From contig JAVLKG010000003.1 of assembly GCA_032128875.1 (NCBI GenBank), forward strand, positions 385,008 to 449,007: 64,000 nt of DNA, given 5' to 3'. This DNA is from Candidatus Melainabacteria bacterium 17Bon1m. Its GTDB lineage: Bacteria; Cyanobacteriota; Vampirovibrionia; Obscuribacterales; Obscuribacteraceae. Shown piece by piece: positions 1-10,743 of the stretch (its first letter is position 1; each line of letters starts with the position of its first letter). The position numbers were made by a program, and so were the translations under genes. Below the pieces are notes generated by a model. It was not told the DNA's origin, made no database searches, and worked only from the letters and a program-made list of their open reading frames with translations.

Positions 1-447
1 TGCTCCCAGATTGCGTTTTAGTCGACCGCAAATTCCCGATGCGTGTCGATAAACCGTAAAACTGCTGTCGAGTCCGCCGGAGAAAGCGCATATAGAGCGA
101 TCAAGGTCGGGAAAAACATCTGTCTCTGCCTCAGTTTGGGCAGTAATTTCCACCCGACTGTATTTGCCAGGCAGGTTGGCGTACCAGTAAGCCTGGAATT
201 CCATCAAATTGCGAATGAGGAATGGAGAGACTGTGCCATGAACATGCACGTTAGCTTTAGCAGTCATCGCTGCGAAAATTGCGGCAATGAGGTAAGGTTC
301 TGCACTTCCCGTCAAATTTTGCGCAAGCTCTTCCGACACCCTGTACCAGAGCTGTTTGCGTTCTCCATTGGGAAATTCGATTTCGGCCGAAAGCTCGACT
401 TGTCCGTCAACCAGCTTGGGCTCTAATGGGTAAATATTGGTACGCAT
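1..447 (-). CDS. PP-loop (adenine nucleotide alpha-hydrolase-like) hypothetical protein; N-terminal part only, runs off the left edge
   Basis: Not in the ORF track because its stop codon lies outside the window. Manual translation from ATG 447 is open for 149 codons: MRTNIYPLEPKLVDGQVELSAEIEFPNGERKQLWYRV...SICAFSGGLDSSFTVYRH, containing an SGGxDS PP-loop motif. Divergent from the GT2 gene. Confidence 0.8.
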   Translation of the reverse strand, partial: MRTNIYPLEPKLVDGQVELSAEIEFPNGERKQLWYRVSEELAQNLTGSAEPYLIAAIFAAMTAKANVHVHGTVSPFLIRNLMEFQAYWYANLPGKYSRVEITAQTEAETDVFPDLDRSICAFSGGLDSSFTVYRHASGICGRLKRNLGA

Positions 448-548
448 ACTGCATTTGTATAACAATGCCGAATGCATAATCATGAGACGGTTGTCATGTT
501 GCTTTTGGCTGAGCGAGTAGACTGATAGAAAAACGCAGTCCTCTGACC

Positions 549-1562
549 ATGCAAAAAGCGCCGCTGATCTCGATTGTCATCACTTACTACAGCTATGCCG
601 ACTATCTGTTGGAAGCAGTGGCGAGTATTAACGCGCAGACATATCGCAATTTCGAAGTAATTATCGTAGATGATGGTTCGCCCGAAAAACACGTGTATGA
701 GCTGGATTTCGGAGCTATTGAGTTTCCTCTCAAAATCGTTACGCACGAGTCCAACAAAGGTCTGCCGGAAGCTAGAAACACTGGTGTTAAACAGGCATCA
801 GGTGAGTTTCTCGTAATAATGGACTCCGACGATCTTATTGAGCCAACGTTCTTGCAAGATACGTTGGCTGTGCTCCAAAACTCTGATAATGACGGCGTTT
901 ACACTCATATGCAGTTGTTCGGCGCACGCGATTATCTCTGGACGGACGAGGTTTCTCTCATTTCTCTTCTTGCTGGAGAGCCTGGACCCGTAACATTCTT
1001 GATGAAGCGAAAGGTTTTTGAAGAAGTGGGCGGTTATAACCAGCACCTGTCTCTCAACAGCGATCACGAGTTTTGGGTCGCGGCTTTGGGCTGCGGCATG
1101 AAGTTTGCTCGCCTGGAGAAAACCTTATTCAAATACCGCAAGCACGAGCAAAGCATGTCCAGCGTGAATCGCGATCAGTGGTGGCAATCTATTCCTGTTC
1201 TTTTAGAACACCACAAGGAGTTGTACGACCGTCATTATCCGGAAGTCTTGGCTTTCAAAGAAAGACAATTCAGAAAGCTTGAAGATCAGTATGACACGCT
1301 CTATCAAGAGTGGCTCGAAGTAGACGCTGAGTCCAGGCGTGTTCACCAGATCCACAAGGAAGCGCTGAAGCGCATGTCCTTTGCCGATCAAGTGTTTCAG
1401 AATCCAGTTTTGCGAGCGCTATTTTTTCTTTTCAGGCGCAGTCCAAACAGCACCATCGATTCCGCCGTTGACTCCGCGCTTACGGTCTCGGCGAAAACTG
1501 CGCCGGACAGCAATGCCAAAGTCACAGGTATAGGCGACACTCGCAGAGTTGTGTCGCGCTAG
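549..1562 (+). CDS. Glycosyltransferase family 2
   Basis: ISIVITYY..., EVIIVDDGS, GLPEARNTG and DxDD (MDSDD) GT-A motifs; coiled-coil C-terminus. Confidence 0.92.
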   Translation: MQKAPLISIVITYYSYADYLLEAVASINAQTYRNFEVIIVDDGSPEKHVYELDFGAIEFPLKIVTHESNKGLPEARNTGVKQASGEFLVIMDSDDLIEPTFLQDTLAVLQNSDNDGVYTHMQLFGARDYLWTDEVSLISLLAGEPGPVTFLMKRKVFEEVGGYNQHLSLNSDHEFWVAALGCGMKFARLEKTLFKYRKHEQSMSSVNRDQWWQSIPVLLEHHKELYDRHYPEVLAFKERQFRKLEDQYDTLYQEWLEVDAESRRVHQIHKEALKRMSFADQVFQNPVLRALFFLFRRSPNSTIDSAVDSALTVSAKTAPDSNAKVTGIGDTRRVVSR

Positions 1563-1612
1563 TAAGTTCGACAGAGTTAGAACTCATTCGAAGTATTTGG
1601 AATGAGTTTGCG

Positions 1613-2728
1613 CTAGTTTGTGCTGGATTGAATGAACTGATTTATTTGAGATTCGTCAGCCAGAAAACTGCAATTTCTGTTTTGCATTTTCCAGGTGGAA
1701 AAGAACTGTTCATTCTTGTGGTAAGAGTTTGATACCAAGCCATTTTTTACGCCCAGAATGCATGAGGTCAAATGCGCGTGCAGACGATCTGTGATGACCA
1801 AAACGCATTCGGAAATTTGTCTTATCGCATCGAAAGCAATCATCCAGGAAAAAAGCGTCTGCTCGCGATTGGGCATGGCTTCAAGTATTGGAGCAAATCT
1901 CTTTGAATAGCGCCACTTGATTCGATCAGGCAGTCGATGTGGTTTGGAAATTCCTCTTTGCCAAAGTTCGCGCACTGCATATACCGAGCCTGGTAGTTTT
2001 TTATAAATTTCAGCTGGCTCTGAAAGCTTGCCGCGCCCGTCGTAGAGCCATTTGTAAGTCTCCCAGTCTTCGACCGGTAGATTCGAGTTGCTGGCTATTT
2101 CTGAAAGCTGTTTGTTCGATGACTCTTTATCTGCTCGAATGAGAAACTTTGTTTTTCCTTTTTTCCGTTTTTTGAAAAACATTTGAATCACTGGTGCGAG
2201 CATGAAAACCATGTCAGGGGCGAGAATTACGCGAGCATTCGTAAAATGCTCCTGGGCAAATTCAAAGCTCTTTTGGTCGCGCGTGAAAATTGTCAGGTTT
2301 GGATGTGAGTTGAAAACATGTTTGGCCGCATTCAGTGCTTCGTCATCAGAGAAGAGAATTGATTGCGGCATGATGTAAATCGGACAATCATGATTATCGG
2401 CGATCACGCGTTCGCGAAACTTTTGGCTGTCGGGCCAGATATCACCCAGGTTGCCTCCACCTTGCAAAAATATCGGTGCAGTGCCATTTTTCTCTCTCAT
2501 CGCTTTCTGATCGAAATCAACAAGAGATGAAGTGTAGGTAATTCGTGCTTTTCTCTTCTCGATTAGGAAGAAGCATGTGCCGAGCCAGATCAAATGATCT
2601 CCCGAATTGAGATGATCCGGATAGTCGAGAAAAGCGCACTGCTGGAAGCTCTCGATTTGCGCGAGAGCCTCCGATAGCTGCGTTTCCAGAGGCAGATCTT
2701 TCAGATGTTGTGCCTCTGACTTTTCCAT
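1613..2728 (-). CDS. Polysaccharide pyruvyl transferase family protein (EpsI/EpsO-like)
   Basis: HLNSGDHLIW, GGGNLGDIW, PQSI, FTRDQKS, APDM and ITDRLHAH motifs. Confidence 0.9.
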   Translation of the reverse strand: MEKSEAQHLKDLPLETQLSEALAQIESFQQCAFLDYPDHLNSGDHLIWLGTCFFLIEKRKARITYTSSLVDFDQKAMREKNGTAPIFLQGGGNLGDIWPDSQKFRERVIADNHDCPIYIMPQSILFSDDEALNAAKHVFNSHPNLTIFTRDQKSFEFAQEHFTNARVILAPDMVFMLAPVIQMFFKKRKKGKTKFLIRADKESSNKQLSEIASNSNLPVEDWETYKWLYDGRGKLSEPAEIYKKLPGSVYAVRELWQRGISKPHRLPDRIKWRYSKRFAPILEAMPNREQTLFSWMIAFDAIRQISECVLVITDRLHAHLTSCILGVKNGLVSNSYHKNEQFFSTWKMQNRNCSFLADESQINQFIQSSTN

Positions 2729-2749
2729 TTTGATGACTTGTCTCGAAGC

Positions 2750-4453
2750 TTATTCTACTTTGAGGTCACCAGCGGCGATGGCAAATTCGGCCGTTGGTTT
2801 TCCTTGAGTATTGGAAGCGTTGAGTATCTGCAATTTACGCTTTGTGTCGACGTCGACGACCGATACAAAAACGGAATACTTGCCGGGCTTGAGGGGCGGC
2901 ATTTTGAGCTCTTCAGACCAGGTGATCGGTTTTCCGGCTTGCCATTGATTGGTCGGTGGCTGCGGTGTGTGAAGCGATTGCCCAATCGGTCTGCCGGATT
3001 CATCACGGAATTCCATTTGTAGTTTGTAGCTGCCGGCTACGTCTTTGTCGAATTCTCTGGATGGACGCAACGGTGTTGCGGCGCCCAGGTTGAGGAATTC
3101 GAAAGATGCCTTCAACTTTTCGCCTTGCTTCAGCTTTTCGTCAAAAGAGATTTTTTGCGAGACTAACTGATAGCCGAGTTTTGAGCGAAGCTCTTCGAGA
3201 GACTTCGACAACACTTCATCTTTGCTGGCGCTCTCCAGTGTCGAGAGTGGGATTTCAACAAAGCTGATGCCGTCCACAGGAGCGTTTTTCGCGATCTTTT
3301 CCAGACCTTCTGCATCAACCTTTTCAGTCAGCTGATAGCCGGTAAATGTATCGGGATGGAATTTGATGATGACTCGATATTGATCGAACCCGTGCTTTCC
3401 GTCATTGACGTTTTGACGGGTGATATAAACCCGCTGTCCATAACGGTAAATGAGGTAGTCGGAGATTTCATCCAACGTATCTTGTCCAGGACGATTCGGT
3501 GTGGGCGGGTCAACGTCGAAGTTCAATCTTGCTGTCGGAAAGGCTTTCGGGAAAATGTCGGCTACGTACTTCCAGTGCGTCACTAGTTGTCTTTGGCTCA
3601 TGCCGTGATCTTTGATGAGCGCTGTTTCTAGCTTGCTGTAATTGCCCTTCTCTCCGGTTACATCCGGTACAACCAGGGTGCTGCCGCCGACGCCACCACC
3701 GGTGATGCCGATGGAATGGATGTTGGGATTTTTGTCATACTTCTCACCCATTTCGGTAATGAAATTTGACCATTTAGCCAGATAGTTGGTATCCCAGAAG
3801 ATCGGCATCAAATGCTGCTTGCCGTCCTTGCCGGTGTATTCCATTGTCTTTACGTCACCGGTGAAAACCCAGCTCGGGGTATCGGAATCAAGCGCGACTT
3901 TTTTGTCGCCTTCTTCCGCCTTCGGAGCAACGTAGCCCTCCGGTACAGTGTCGATGCCGCAGGTAGAAACGCGCAGGATCAATGTTTTACCTGACGGCTT
4001 CAAGAGTTCCAAAAGATTGTCCAGTGGTTGCCAATTGAACTCGTCTTCTTTCGGTTCCAAAACTTTCCACGGAATGGTTACTGAAAGTCCGCTTATATTT
4101 GGGCGATTCAGAATTTCGGTGATCGCTTGGGTCTGTCCGATTTTGTCGGTCGGAATAAGCGCGAACAAACCGATTTCCTTGTTGAAAACCGGCTGCGCTC
4201 CCTCTATCGCTACTGCCTTAAATTTCTTGGTTTTGATCAGGCGATCTTGACCTTCATTCAGGTAGTGCTTTTTCTCGGGAATCGGATTGAAATACTTGAC
4301 AAATTCCCCTGGCGTATTTTTTGCTTCGGCCTTCTGAAGAGGAAGACCTATCCCTGAAAATGCAGAGACGCCAAAGGTTACCGCCAGCGAAAGTGATATT
4401 GATCTAAACGCGAAATCCTTCATAGCGCTCCTCACATTCCCTCCATCAGACAT
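2750..4453 (-). CDS. Exported glycoside-hydrolase-like protein (GH42/beta-galactosidase-like barrel with DUF4832-like C-terminal domain)
   Basis: N-terminal signal peptide ending AEA; PWKVLEPKEDEFNWQPLD and TPSWV are typical of GH-A clan N-termini; LGYQLV followed by a beta-sandwich tail. Confidence 0.6.
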   Translation of the reverse strand: MSDGGNVRSAMKDFAFRSISLSLAVTFGVSAFSGIGLPLQKAEAKNTPGEFVKYFNPIPEKKHYLNEGQDRLIKTKKFKAVAIEGAQPVFNKEIGLFALIPTDKIGQTQAITEILNRPNISGLSVTIPWKVLEPKEDEFNWQPLDNLLELLKPSGKTLILRVSTCGIDTVPEGYVAPKAEEGDKKVALDSDTPSWVFTGDVKTMEYTGKDGKQHLMPIFWDTNYLAKWSNFITEMGEKYDKNPNIHSIGITGGGVGGSTLVVPDVTGEKGNYSKLETALIKDHGMSQRQLVTHWKYVADIFPKAFPTARLNFDVDPPTPNRPGQDTLDEISDYLIYRYGQRVYITRQNVNDGKHGFDQYRVIIKFHPDTFTGYQLTEKVDAEGLEKIAKNAPVDGISFVEIPLSTLESASKDEVLSKSLEELRSKLGYQLVSQKISFDEKLKQGEKLKASFEFLNLGAATPLRPSREFDKDVAGSYKLQMEFRDESGRPIGQSLHTPQPPTNQWQAGKPITWSEELKMPPLKPGKYSVFVSVVDVDTKRKLQILNASNTQGKPTAEFAIAAGDLKVE

Positions 4454-4625
4454 TTTTCAAGTTCGCCGGACAGTAGACACTTTTAATGCCGGCACCAAAA
4501 CTGTGAATTGTACAAGCAATCAGCCATTTTTTCCCTTTTGAATCGCATGGCTGCCTGCATAAAGCTGTCTGCTCAAATGTGATAACCTTTCACGACGATT
4601 CAAATGAACGAAGCGGAGGCGTTTC

Positions 4626-5366
4626 GTGAGTCTTTCTTACCTGGGCCACAGCGCAGTAAGGTTCACTGTTTCTGGGGTCAACGTTTATGTCGACCCTTAT
4701 CTCAAGGACCCTATCGACTGGACGAAATTGCCAAAGGGCGATCTCGTCCTTTTCAGTCATGGTCACTTCGATCATGGCGTCCTCATGGCGCTAAAACTTT
4801 ACGAGGCGTGGGGTTGTAAATTCGCAGGACCACGCGTTTTGATGCGCTGGATGGCTCGCAAATACAGAAAGCGTATTCCGCATGAGGCGCTAATCAGCAT
4901 CGACCATCACGAAACAATAACCTTCAACTCGCTCAATGTCCGCGCGATACCTGCGCACCATCCTGTCAACCGACTGGGCAAGACTATTCTCCATTTGCAT
5001 GGTCGCACTCGGGCGCCGGGAAAGCCTGTCAATGGCTACTATTTCGAGGGCTTCTATCACGCTGGCGATACCATTTATACGCAAACTATTCGTGACAGCC
5101 TCAAGGGTTTTCCAGTGCATACCGCTTGTCTGCCCATCGGCGGAAAGTATGGAGTAGCCTCACCGGACGAGGCTTTAAAAATTGCCGAGGAAATTGGAGC
5201 CAAACGTGTAATTCCGCTTCACTTCCAGGCGCTGGTTGAGCGCGTTCCATTTCGTTACCAATCGTCAGATTTGGTCAAGCATGCAAAATCAACCGGTACA
5301 TCCATTGAAATTTGCCCACTGGCCATAGGCGAGGTTCTGGAAATCACGGCCAAAGCATCCCGCTAG
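4626..5366 (+). CDS. MBL-fold metallo-hydrolase (UPF0173/UlaG-like)
   Basis: YLGHS, VDPY, SHGHFDH (HxHxDH), HAGDT, LPIGG and IPLH motifs. Confidence 0.88.
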   Translation: MSLSYLGHSAVRFTVSGVNVYVDPYLKDPIDWTKLPKGDLVLFSHGHFDHGVLMALKLYEAWGCKFAGPRVLMRWMARKYRKRIPHEALISIDHHETITFNSLNVRAIPAHHPVNRLGKTILHLHGRTRAPGKPVNGYYFEGFYHAGDTIYTQTIRDSLKGFPVHTACLPIGGKYGVASPDEALKIAEEIGAKRVIPLHFQALVERVPFRYQSSDLVKHAKSTGTSIEICPLAIGEVLEITAKASR

Positions 5367-5472
5367 ATGACATAAGTCACTTCCCTAAAAGATTCGGGCG
5401 GCAAGCCAATCGGCTATAAACTAAAACTCTGGGTACAAACAATTTTAGGTATGACTTAACGGTCTGATAAAG

Positions 5473-8217
5473 TTGGCTGAAGAAAATTCGAGTACAGACG
5501 CCAAGACCATTCGCTTGATGAAGTATCCCAGGCCTCCTGCGGAAGCTCAAATCGAGGAATTGCTTACGACTGCGCGCAATAATTTGCGCGTTACTGTTGA
5601 GATGCCGTTCAACGAATCTCAAGAGCCTTACATGCTCAGCAGCTTTGTCGAGTCTGCCAAGTCTGAGTGTTTTTGGATGTTCTACCGGGGCGTCGGACCT
5701 GATTCTTCGCTGCTATGGAACATGATGACCGATGATCCTGGTTTGATTCACCATTTGATGACATCGCAGTTCCCCGCCTTGGAAACTGGGTTTTCGAGTA
5801 TTCCGCGCTCGAAAGAAGTGGCGCGTGCGGTTGCCAATTACAAAGACGTGAAGGACGCACAACTGCCGGCAGACTCCGAATTCGAAATGACTGATTCGCC
5901 AAACCATCCGGTTTATTCGGCTGCGCAAAACTTTCCGAAGAGCACCAAGCCTGAGCACGATTTGCTGACTTTGCCTGACGAGCCGGCCAAAGCCAAGAAT
6001 GGTCCGGCGTCAAACGAAGCGCCTATGACCTCCGCTCCAATTCCCGGTGCGCCGCCTCCGGTACTGCCTGTTTTTCCTCACAACCCGTCCATGCCGAATT
6101 CCAGCTCTGGCACTGGTTCTGCTTCCAATCAAGTAGCCCAATCACCTATGGCTCCTGTGTTTCAACAGCCTGCCGTTCCGTTTGCACAAGCGCCGGGAAT
6201 GGCTTCAGCTGTCGATGTTGCGCAGGCGGCCGCTCATGCCGCTGCGCAAGCGGCCATTAATGCCGCCGTACAAGCTGCGGCCCAAGCCGCCGCCCAGGCT
6301 GCTGCGCAAGCGGCGATGGCGCATCAGCCTGTTGCACCAATGACTTCGCAACCGGCAGTTGCAACCGCTCAGCAGCCTGTTTCAGATCTACCTGTGACGC
6401 CGGCTGCCACAGTCACGCCGGCAGCAGATGCTGCTCAGTCTTCATCTTCGGCCGCCGGGCAGCCGGCTTTTTCTGCGCCCGCGGCTCAGACCAATACAGC
6501 CGAAGCGCCGTTGGTTCCGCAGATTCCTCAGATTTTGCAGCCACCACCGCAGCAGCCTGCGCAGCAGCCGCCCTTGCCCTTTGCGGCACCTGGCGCCAAT
6601 CCCAATCGCCAGAATTTGGAACCGCCGCCTGGTTATACCCCTCTGAATCTGGCACAGGGAGCGCCTCTTGCGCATACGCCTCAGATACCGCTTTCGCAAG
6701 TTGTTCCTCTGTCTCCTCAGCCGCCGGGGTCAGTTGCCTCCGAGTCTCCCGACATACCTTCCTTTCTGAAGTCTTCTACCAATCCACCAACACCAACCTC
6801 CACTGCCGAAGCAACGCCGGGACCAGCTAATGCCGACGCATCGCCAGCAGCAAAGACTGCCGATGCAGCGTCAGGAGCGCAGACTACAGAGGCAACGCCA
6901 GGAACTGCCGCATCCAGTGCTCCGAAGACTGCTTCTCGGGGTACCGCGGATAAGACATTGAAATTAGAAGCAAATGCGCACACTGCGCCCGGTCGCGGCT
7001 GGCTCAAGGATGATAAAGGCACGAGCATGGTCGTCGAGCCTGTTTTAGATTCCGACTCTCCTTTTGTACAGCCGAAAAAATCGCCGCGTCAGACAAGCCA
7101 GAAGATGAAAGCTCGTCCGATGTTGGAAGGCGACCTCACCAACTTGCAGATGCCCACGCTCTTGCAGTCGATAAACATGGGCAAAATGACCGGTCGTCTT
7201 GACTTGCAGTCAGGCGGAGAGCTGGCGGTGATCTACTTCAAGGAAGGGGTGCCGGTGCATTGTCAGTTGCGAAACTCCGAAGGCGAGAACGCCATCATCG
7301 AGGCAATAGGCTGGGATGAAGGCGAATTCAAATTCTTTATGGAATCACCGCATCACAGAGAAACCATCAAAAAGCGTCTTGACCACTTGCTTATGGAAGG
7401 TGCAGCGCTTATTGACCAAAGCAAATTCCTCAAAGAGATTGGCGTCAATCTTGATTCGTACTTGGTTCGCAACCACGCAGATATCACAGAACAATTGTTC
7501 GAAGAGATGGTGGCTCGCGGCGCTGCTGCCGAGATGAATTTGCAAAAGATGCTCTATCAGTTGATTGACAACGAGAGCACGCTTGAAGACTTGCTGCGCT
7601 TGCGGCCGATGCCCAAGCCGCGCTGGGTGCCGGTTATATTCAATCTTGTCACGTGCAGTCTGGTTTCATTTTCCGATCGTCCGTTGCACGAGGGCGGCGA
7701 AGAAGCCGTAACGGAAGACATTGACTGGCCGGCTATTCAGGCTTTTGAAGACTCGATAAAAATTGCAGAAACAGGTTTTCTCACATATCCGGCATTTGTC
7801 TATCACCTCGAGCGTGAATACGAGCGCTTCGAACGTTTCCAACACCCATTCACTTTGATCATTCTTGAAGTGTCGATCAAGGAAGAATTATCGGAAACCA
7901 AAGATCCGAAGGTGCTTCAGGACAGGGCGGTCCTCGGACAATTGTCGACAAGAATTGAAAAGCTCAAGAGAAAAACCGATATAGCCGGGCATTTTGGTGA
8001 GAATCAATTTGCATTGCTCTTGCTGGAAACGGAAGGGGAGGCTGGGCGCAATTTTGCCAGCCGTTTGGCTGAGGCCATTGCAATGAATCCATTCACGACA
8101 GACCGTGTGGAAGTTGTGCGCCTGACCGTCAGCCTTGGTGTCGCCTCCGTGCCCGAGACTTGCAGAGATTTGGGACGATTGATTTCCCTTGCTCGTCCGC
8201 ACAATTCTCAAAAATAG
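5473..8217 (+). CDS. Multidomain signalling protein: N-terminal domain, long Pro/Ala/Gln linker, DUF4388 (PatA-N-like) domain and degenerate GGDEF domain
   Basis: LEGDLTNLQMPTLLQSINMGKMTGRL...IYFKEG...WDEGEFKF...LLMEGAALID resembles DUF4388. The C-terminal LEREYERFER...RKTDIAGHFGENQFALLL...TVSLGVA is a GGDEF fold with GENQF in place of GGDEF. Confidence 0.75.
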   Translation: MAEENSSTDAKTIRLMKYPRPPAEAQIEELLTTARNNLRVTVEMPFNESQEPYMLSSFVESAKSECFWMFYRGVGPDSSLLWNMMTDDPGLIHHLMTSQFPALETGFSSIPRSKEVARAVANYKDVKDAQLPADSEFEMTDSPNHPVYSAAQNFPKSTKPEHDLLTLPDEPAKAKNGPASNEAPMTSAPIPGAPPPVLPVFPHNPSMPNSSSGTGSASNQVAQSPMAPVFQQPAVPFAQAPGMASAVDVAQAAAHAAAQAAINAAVQAAAQAAAQAAAQAAMAHQPVAPMTSQPAVATAQQPVSDLPVTPAATVTPAADAAQSSSSAAGQPAFSAPAAQTNTAEAPLVPQIPQILQPPPQQPAQQPPLPFAAPGANPNRQNLEPPPGYTPLNLAQGAPLAHTPQIPLSQVVPLSPQPPGSVASESPDIPSFLKSSTNPPTPTSTAEATPGPANADASPAAKTADAASGAQTTEATPGTAASSAPKTASRGTADKTLKLEANAHTAPGRGWLKDDKGTSMVVEPVLDSDSPFVQPKKSPRQTSQKMKARPMLEGDLTNLQMPTLLQSINMGKMTGRLDLQSGGELAVIYFKEGVPVHCQLRNSEGENAIIEAIGWDEGEFKFFMESPHHRETIKKRLDHLLMEGAALIDQSKFLKEIGVNLDSYLVRNHADITEQLFEEMVARGAAAEMNLQKMLYQLIDNESTLEDLLRLRPMPKPRWVPVIFNLVTCSLVSFSDRPLHEGGEEAVTEDIDWPAIQAFEDSIKIAETGFLTYPAFVYHLEREYERFERFQHPFTLIILEVSIKEELSETKDPKVLQDRAVLGQLSTRIEKLKRKTDIAGHFGENQFALLLLETEGEAGRNFASRLAEAIAMNPFTTDRVEVVRLTVSLGVASVPETCRDLGRLISLARPHNSQK

Positions 8218-8570
8218 TCGTTCCGATTTTTCGGATTTCAGTTGATTCTTCTATTTAGGTGGTAAATAAGAGCTAACGGCCAGGTCGGTGGGAATTTCAT
8301 TTTCAGCGACGAATGTCTGCGATAGCGCATGACAAGCCGGGCTTGACAGGAGGATGAATTGGTTAGGGCGCGGCTTTTATAAAGCTTTGTATAGGTTTTT
8401 TAATCTGCTTACTAATATGCGGCCATCATTAGAGCAAGGCCCATAAGCATTTTTGGAGTTCGCGGCGCGCGATTGAGGAAACGGCGGATTGAACTGCCCG
8501 TTTCACGGGGCGCAGCAAAGTATAATTCCGGGGGGAAACTCCATCTAAAGGAGTAAAGGGAGTTTAAAAG

Positions 8571-10541
8571 ATGGGAAAAGCAGTAGGCATCGACTTGGGA
8601 ACGACCAACTCTTGTGTTGCCGTTATGGAAGGTGGTCAACCGGCAGTGGTTTCCAACTCTGAGGGCGGTAGAACGACGCCTTCGGTAGTAGCCTTTACCA
8701 AGTCCGGTGAACGGCTTGTCGGGCAGTTGGCAAGACGCCAAGCGGTTCTTAACCCAGAAAACACCGTTTATTCGATCAAGAGATTTGTCGGACGTCGCTT
8801 CTCGGAAGTGCAGTCTGAGCAAAAGATTGTGTCCTATAAAGTCAAAGAAGGCGCCGACGGCGGTTGCAAAGTCGCTATCCAAGGCAAAGATTATTCGCCG
8901 GAAGAAATCTCCGCGATGATTCTTCGCAAATTGAAGGAAGACGCCGAGAAGTATTTGGGCGAAAAGGTCACGTCAGCAGTAATCACTGTTCCTGCTTATT
9001 TCAACGACTCGCAGCGCCAGTCCACTAAAAACGCCGGGACAATCGCCGGTTTGGACGTTCTTCGTATCATCAACGAGCCGACTGCAGCAGCGCTTGCATA
9101 CGGTCTCGATAAGAAAGACAACGAAATCATCCTTGTATTCGACTTGGGCGGCGGTACTTTCGACGTATCCATCCTCGAAGTAGGCGACGGTGTATTCGAA
9201 GTTAAGTCCACCTCGGGCGACACGCACCTTGGCGGGGATGACTTCGACCACCAGGTAGTCACCTGGGTTGCCGATGAATTCATGAACCTGGAAGGCATCG
9301 ACCTGCGCAAAGACAGACAAGCTCTGCAAAGACTTACTGAAGCTGCGGAAAAAGCGAAGATCGAACTTTCGTCCGTAACCGAAACCAACATCTCGCTGCC
9401 GTTCATCACTGCGGATGCAACCGGTCCGAAGCACTTGGAGATCAAGTTGACCCGCGCTCGTTTCAACGAGCTCACTCGCAGTTTGGTTGAGCGTTGCCGC
9501 AATCCTATGGAGCAGGCATTGAAAGATGCCAAACTCGGCTACGAACAATTGGACGAAGTTGTACTGGTAGGTGGTTCAACCAGAATTCCTGCGGTACAAG
9601 AACTCGTCAAACAGGTTACAGGCGGCAAAGAGCCCAACCAATCCGTAAACCCGGACGAAGTTGTGGCTGTAGGAGCTGCCATTCAAGCAGGCGTATTGGG
9701 CGGCGAAGTCAAAGGGGTCGTGCTCCTCGACGTTACTCCGCTGTCTCTCGGTATCGAGACTATGGGTGGTGTGTTCACCAAGTTGGTTGATCGCAACACC
9801 ACAATTCCGACAAGAAAAGCGGAAGTATTCTCGACTGCAGACGACAACCAGACCGCCGTCGATATCTATGTATTCCAGGGCGAACGTCCAATGGCTCGCG
9901 ACAACAAGCTCTTGGGCAACTTCCGTCTCGACGGTATTCCGCCGGCATCCAGAGGCACGCCGAAAGTTGAAGTAACTTTCGACATCGACGCCAACGGCAT
10001 CATGAACGTCACAGCACGTGACCAAATGACCGGCAAAGAACAGAAGATTACGATTACCGCTTCGACCAACATGTCCAAAGAGGACATCGAAAGAGCGATG
10101 CGCGATGCCGAAAATTACTCGGCAGACGACCGCAAGCGCAAGGAAGAAGCAGATGTCCGCAACGAAGCAGACAGCATCTGCTACGCAGTCGAAAGACAGG
10201 TGCGCGACCTTGGCGACAAGGTATCGTCCGGGGAAAAGGCAAGAGCAGAAATGTTGGTTGCCGACCTCAGGCAGAAGCTCAAAGACGATGCAGACCTCGA
10301 GTCCGTCAAGCAAATCATGAACGAACTCAGAGGCGCTCTCGTTCTCTTGCAACAAGCAGCTGCGCGTGGCGGCGGTGATGAAGGCGGCGGCGGAATGGAA
10401 GACTATACGACCGGCGGCGGTGCTGATGGTGGCGCCGGCGGTGGCTACGATTACGGTAATGGCGGAGACGGCGGCAACGCAGGCTACAGCCAGCCCGGTG
10501 AAGACGTAGTGGATGCTGAATTCAGAGCATCCGACGACTAG
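8571..10541 (+). CDS. dnaK: Molecular chaperone DnaK (Hsp70)
   Basis: [31 protein letters not shown] and DLGGGTFD motifs; C-terminal [10 protein letters not shown]-like GGGAG upstream. Confidence 0.99.
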   Translation: MGKAVGIDLGTTNSCVAVMEGGQPAVVSNSEGGRTTPSVVAFTKSGERLVGQLARRQAVLNPENTVYSIKRFVGRRFSEVQSEQKIVSYKVKEGADGGCKVAIQGKDYSPEEISAMILRKLKEDAEKYLGEKVTSAVITVPAYFNDSQRQSTKNAGTIAGLDVLRIINEPTAAALAYGLDKKDNEIILVFDLGGGTFDVSILEVGDGVFEVKSTSGDTHLGGDDFDHQVVTWVADEFMNLEGIDLRKDRQALQRLTEAAEKAKIELSSVTETNISLPFITADATGPKHLEIKLTRARFNELTRSLVERCRNPMEQALKDAKLGYEQLDEVVLVGGSTRIPAVQELVKQVTGGKEPNQSVNPDEVVAVGAAIQAGVLGGEVKGVVLLDVTPLSLGIETMGGVFTKLVDRNTTIPTRKAEVFSTADDNQTAVDIYVFQGERPMARDNKLLGNFRLDGIPPASRGTPKVEVTFDIDANGIMNVTARDQMTGKEQKITITASTNMSKEDIERAMRDAENYSADDRKRKEEADVRNEADSICYAVERQVRDLGDKVSSGEKARAEMLVADLRQKLKDDADLESVKQIMNELRGALVLLQQAAARGGGDEGGGGMEDYTTGGGADGGAGGGYDYGNGGDGGNAGYSQPGEDVVDAEFRASDD

Positions 10542-10564
10542 ATCTTCTGATCGTTAGGTTTGTG

Positions 10565-10596
10565 AGGGCGGCGCTATGCGTCGCCCTTGCCTTTTT
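10565..10596 (+). terminator. Intrinsic terminator after dnaK (stem resembles the REP family)
   Basis: AGGGCGGCGC-TAT-GCGTCGCCCT followed by TGCCTTTTT. Confidence 0.7.
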
Positions 10597-10743
10597 AAGA
10601 AAGCGCTGAGGTTCGGAACAAAAATTTCGATGGTGATGTCTATTGACAAATAGGCGGATTAGGTTTTTTGTGTAAGGTATATATTGCAATCGCAGATTGC
10701 TTCGTGACCTCGGTCGTAACTTCGTTTTGGTGAGTTTGAGGCA

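Noticed and set aside
43-426. 127-aa plus-strand ORF in the track
   Set aside because: Shadow of the minus-strand PP-loop gene (1-447), which has a recognisable motif.
8973-10355. Long antisense ORFs over dnaK
   Set aside because: Antisense shadows typical of codon-biased hsp70 genes; no independent motifs.
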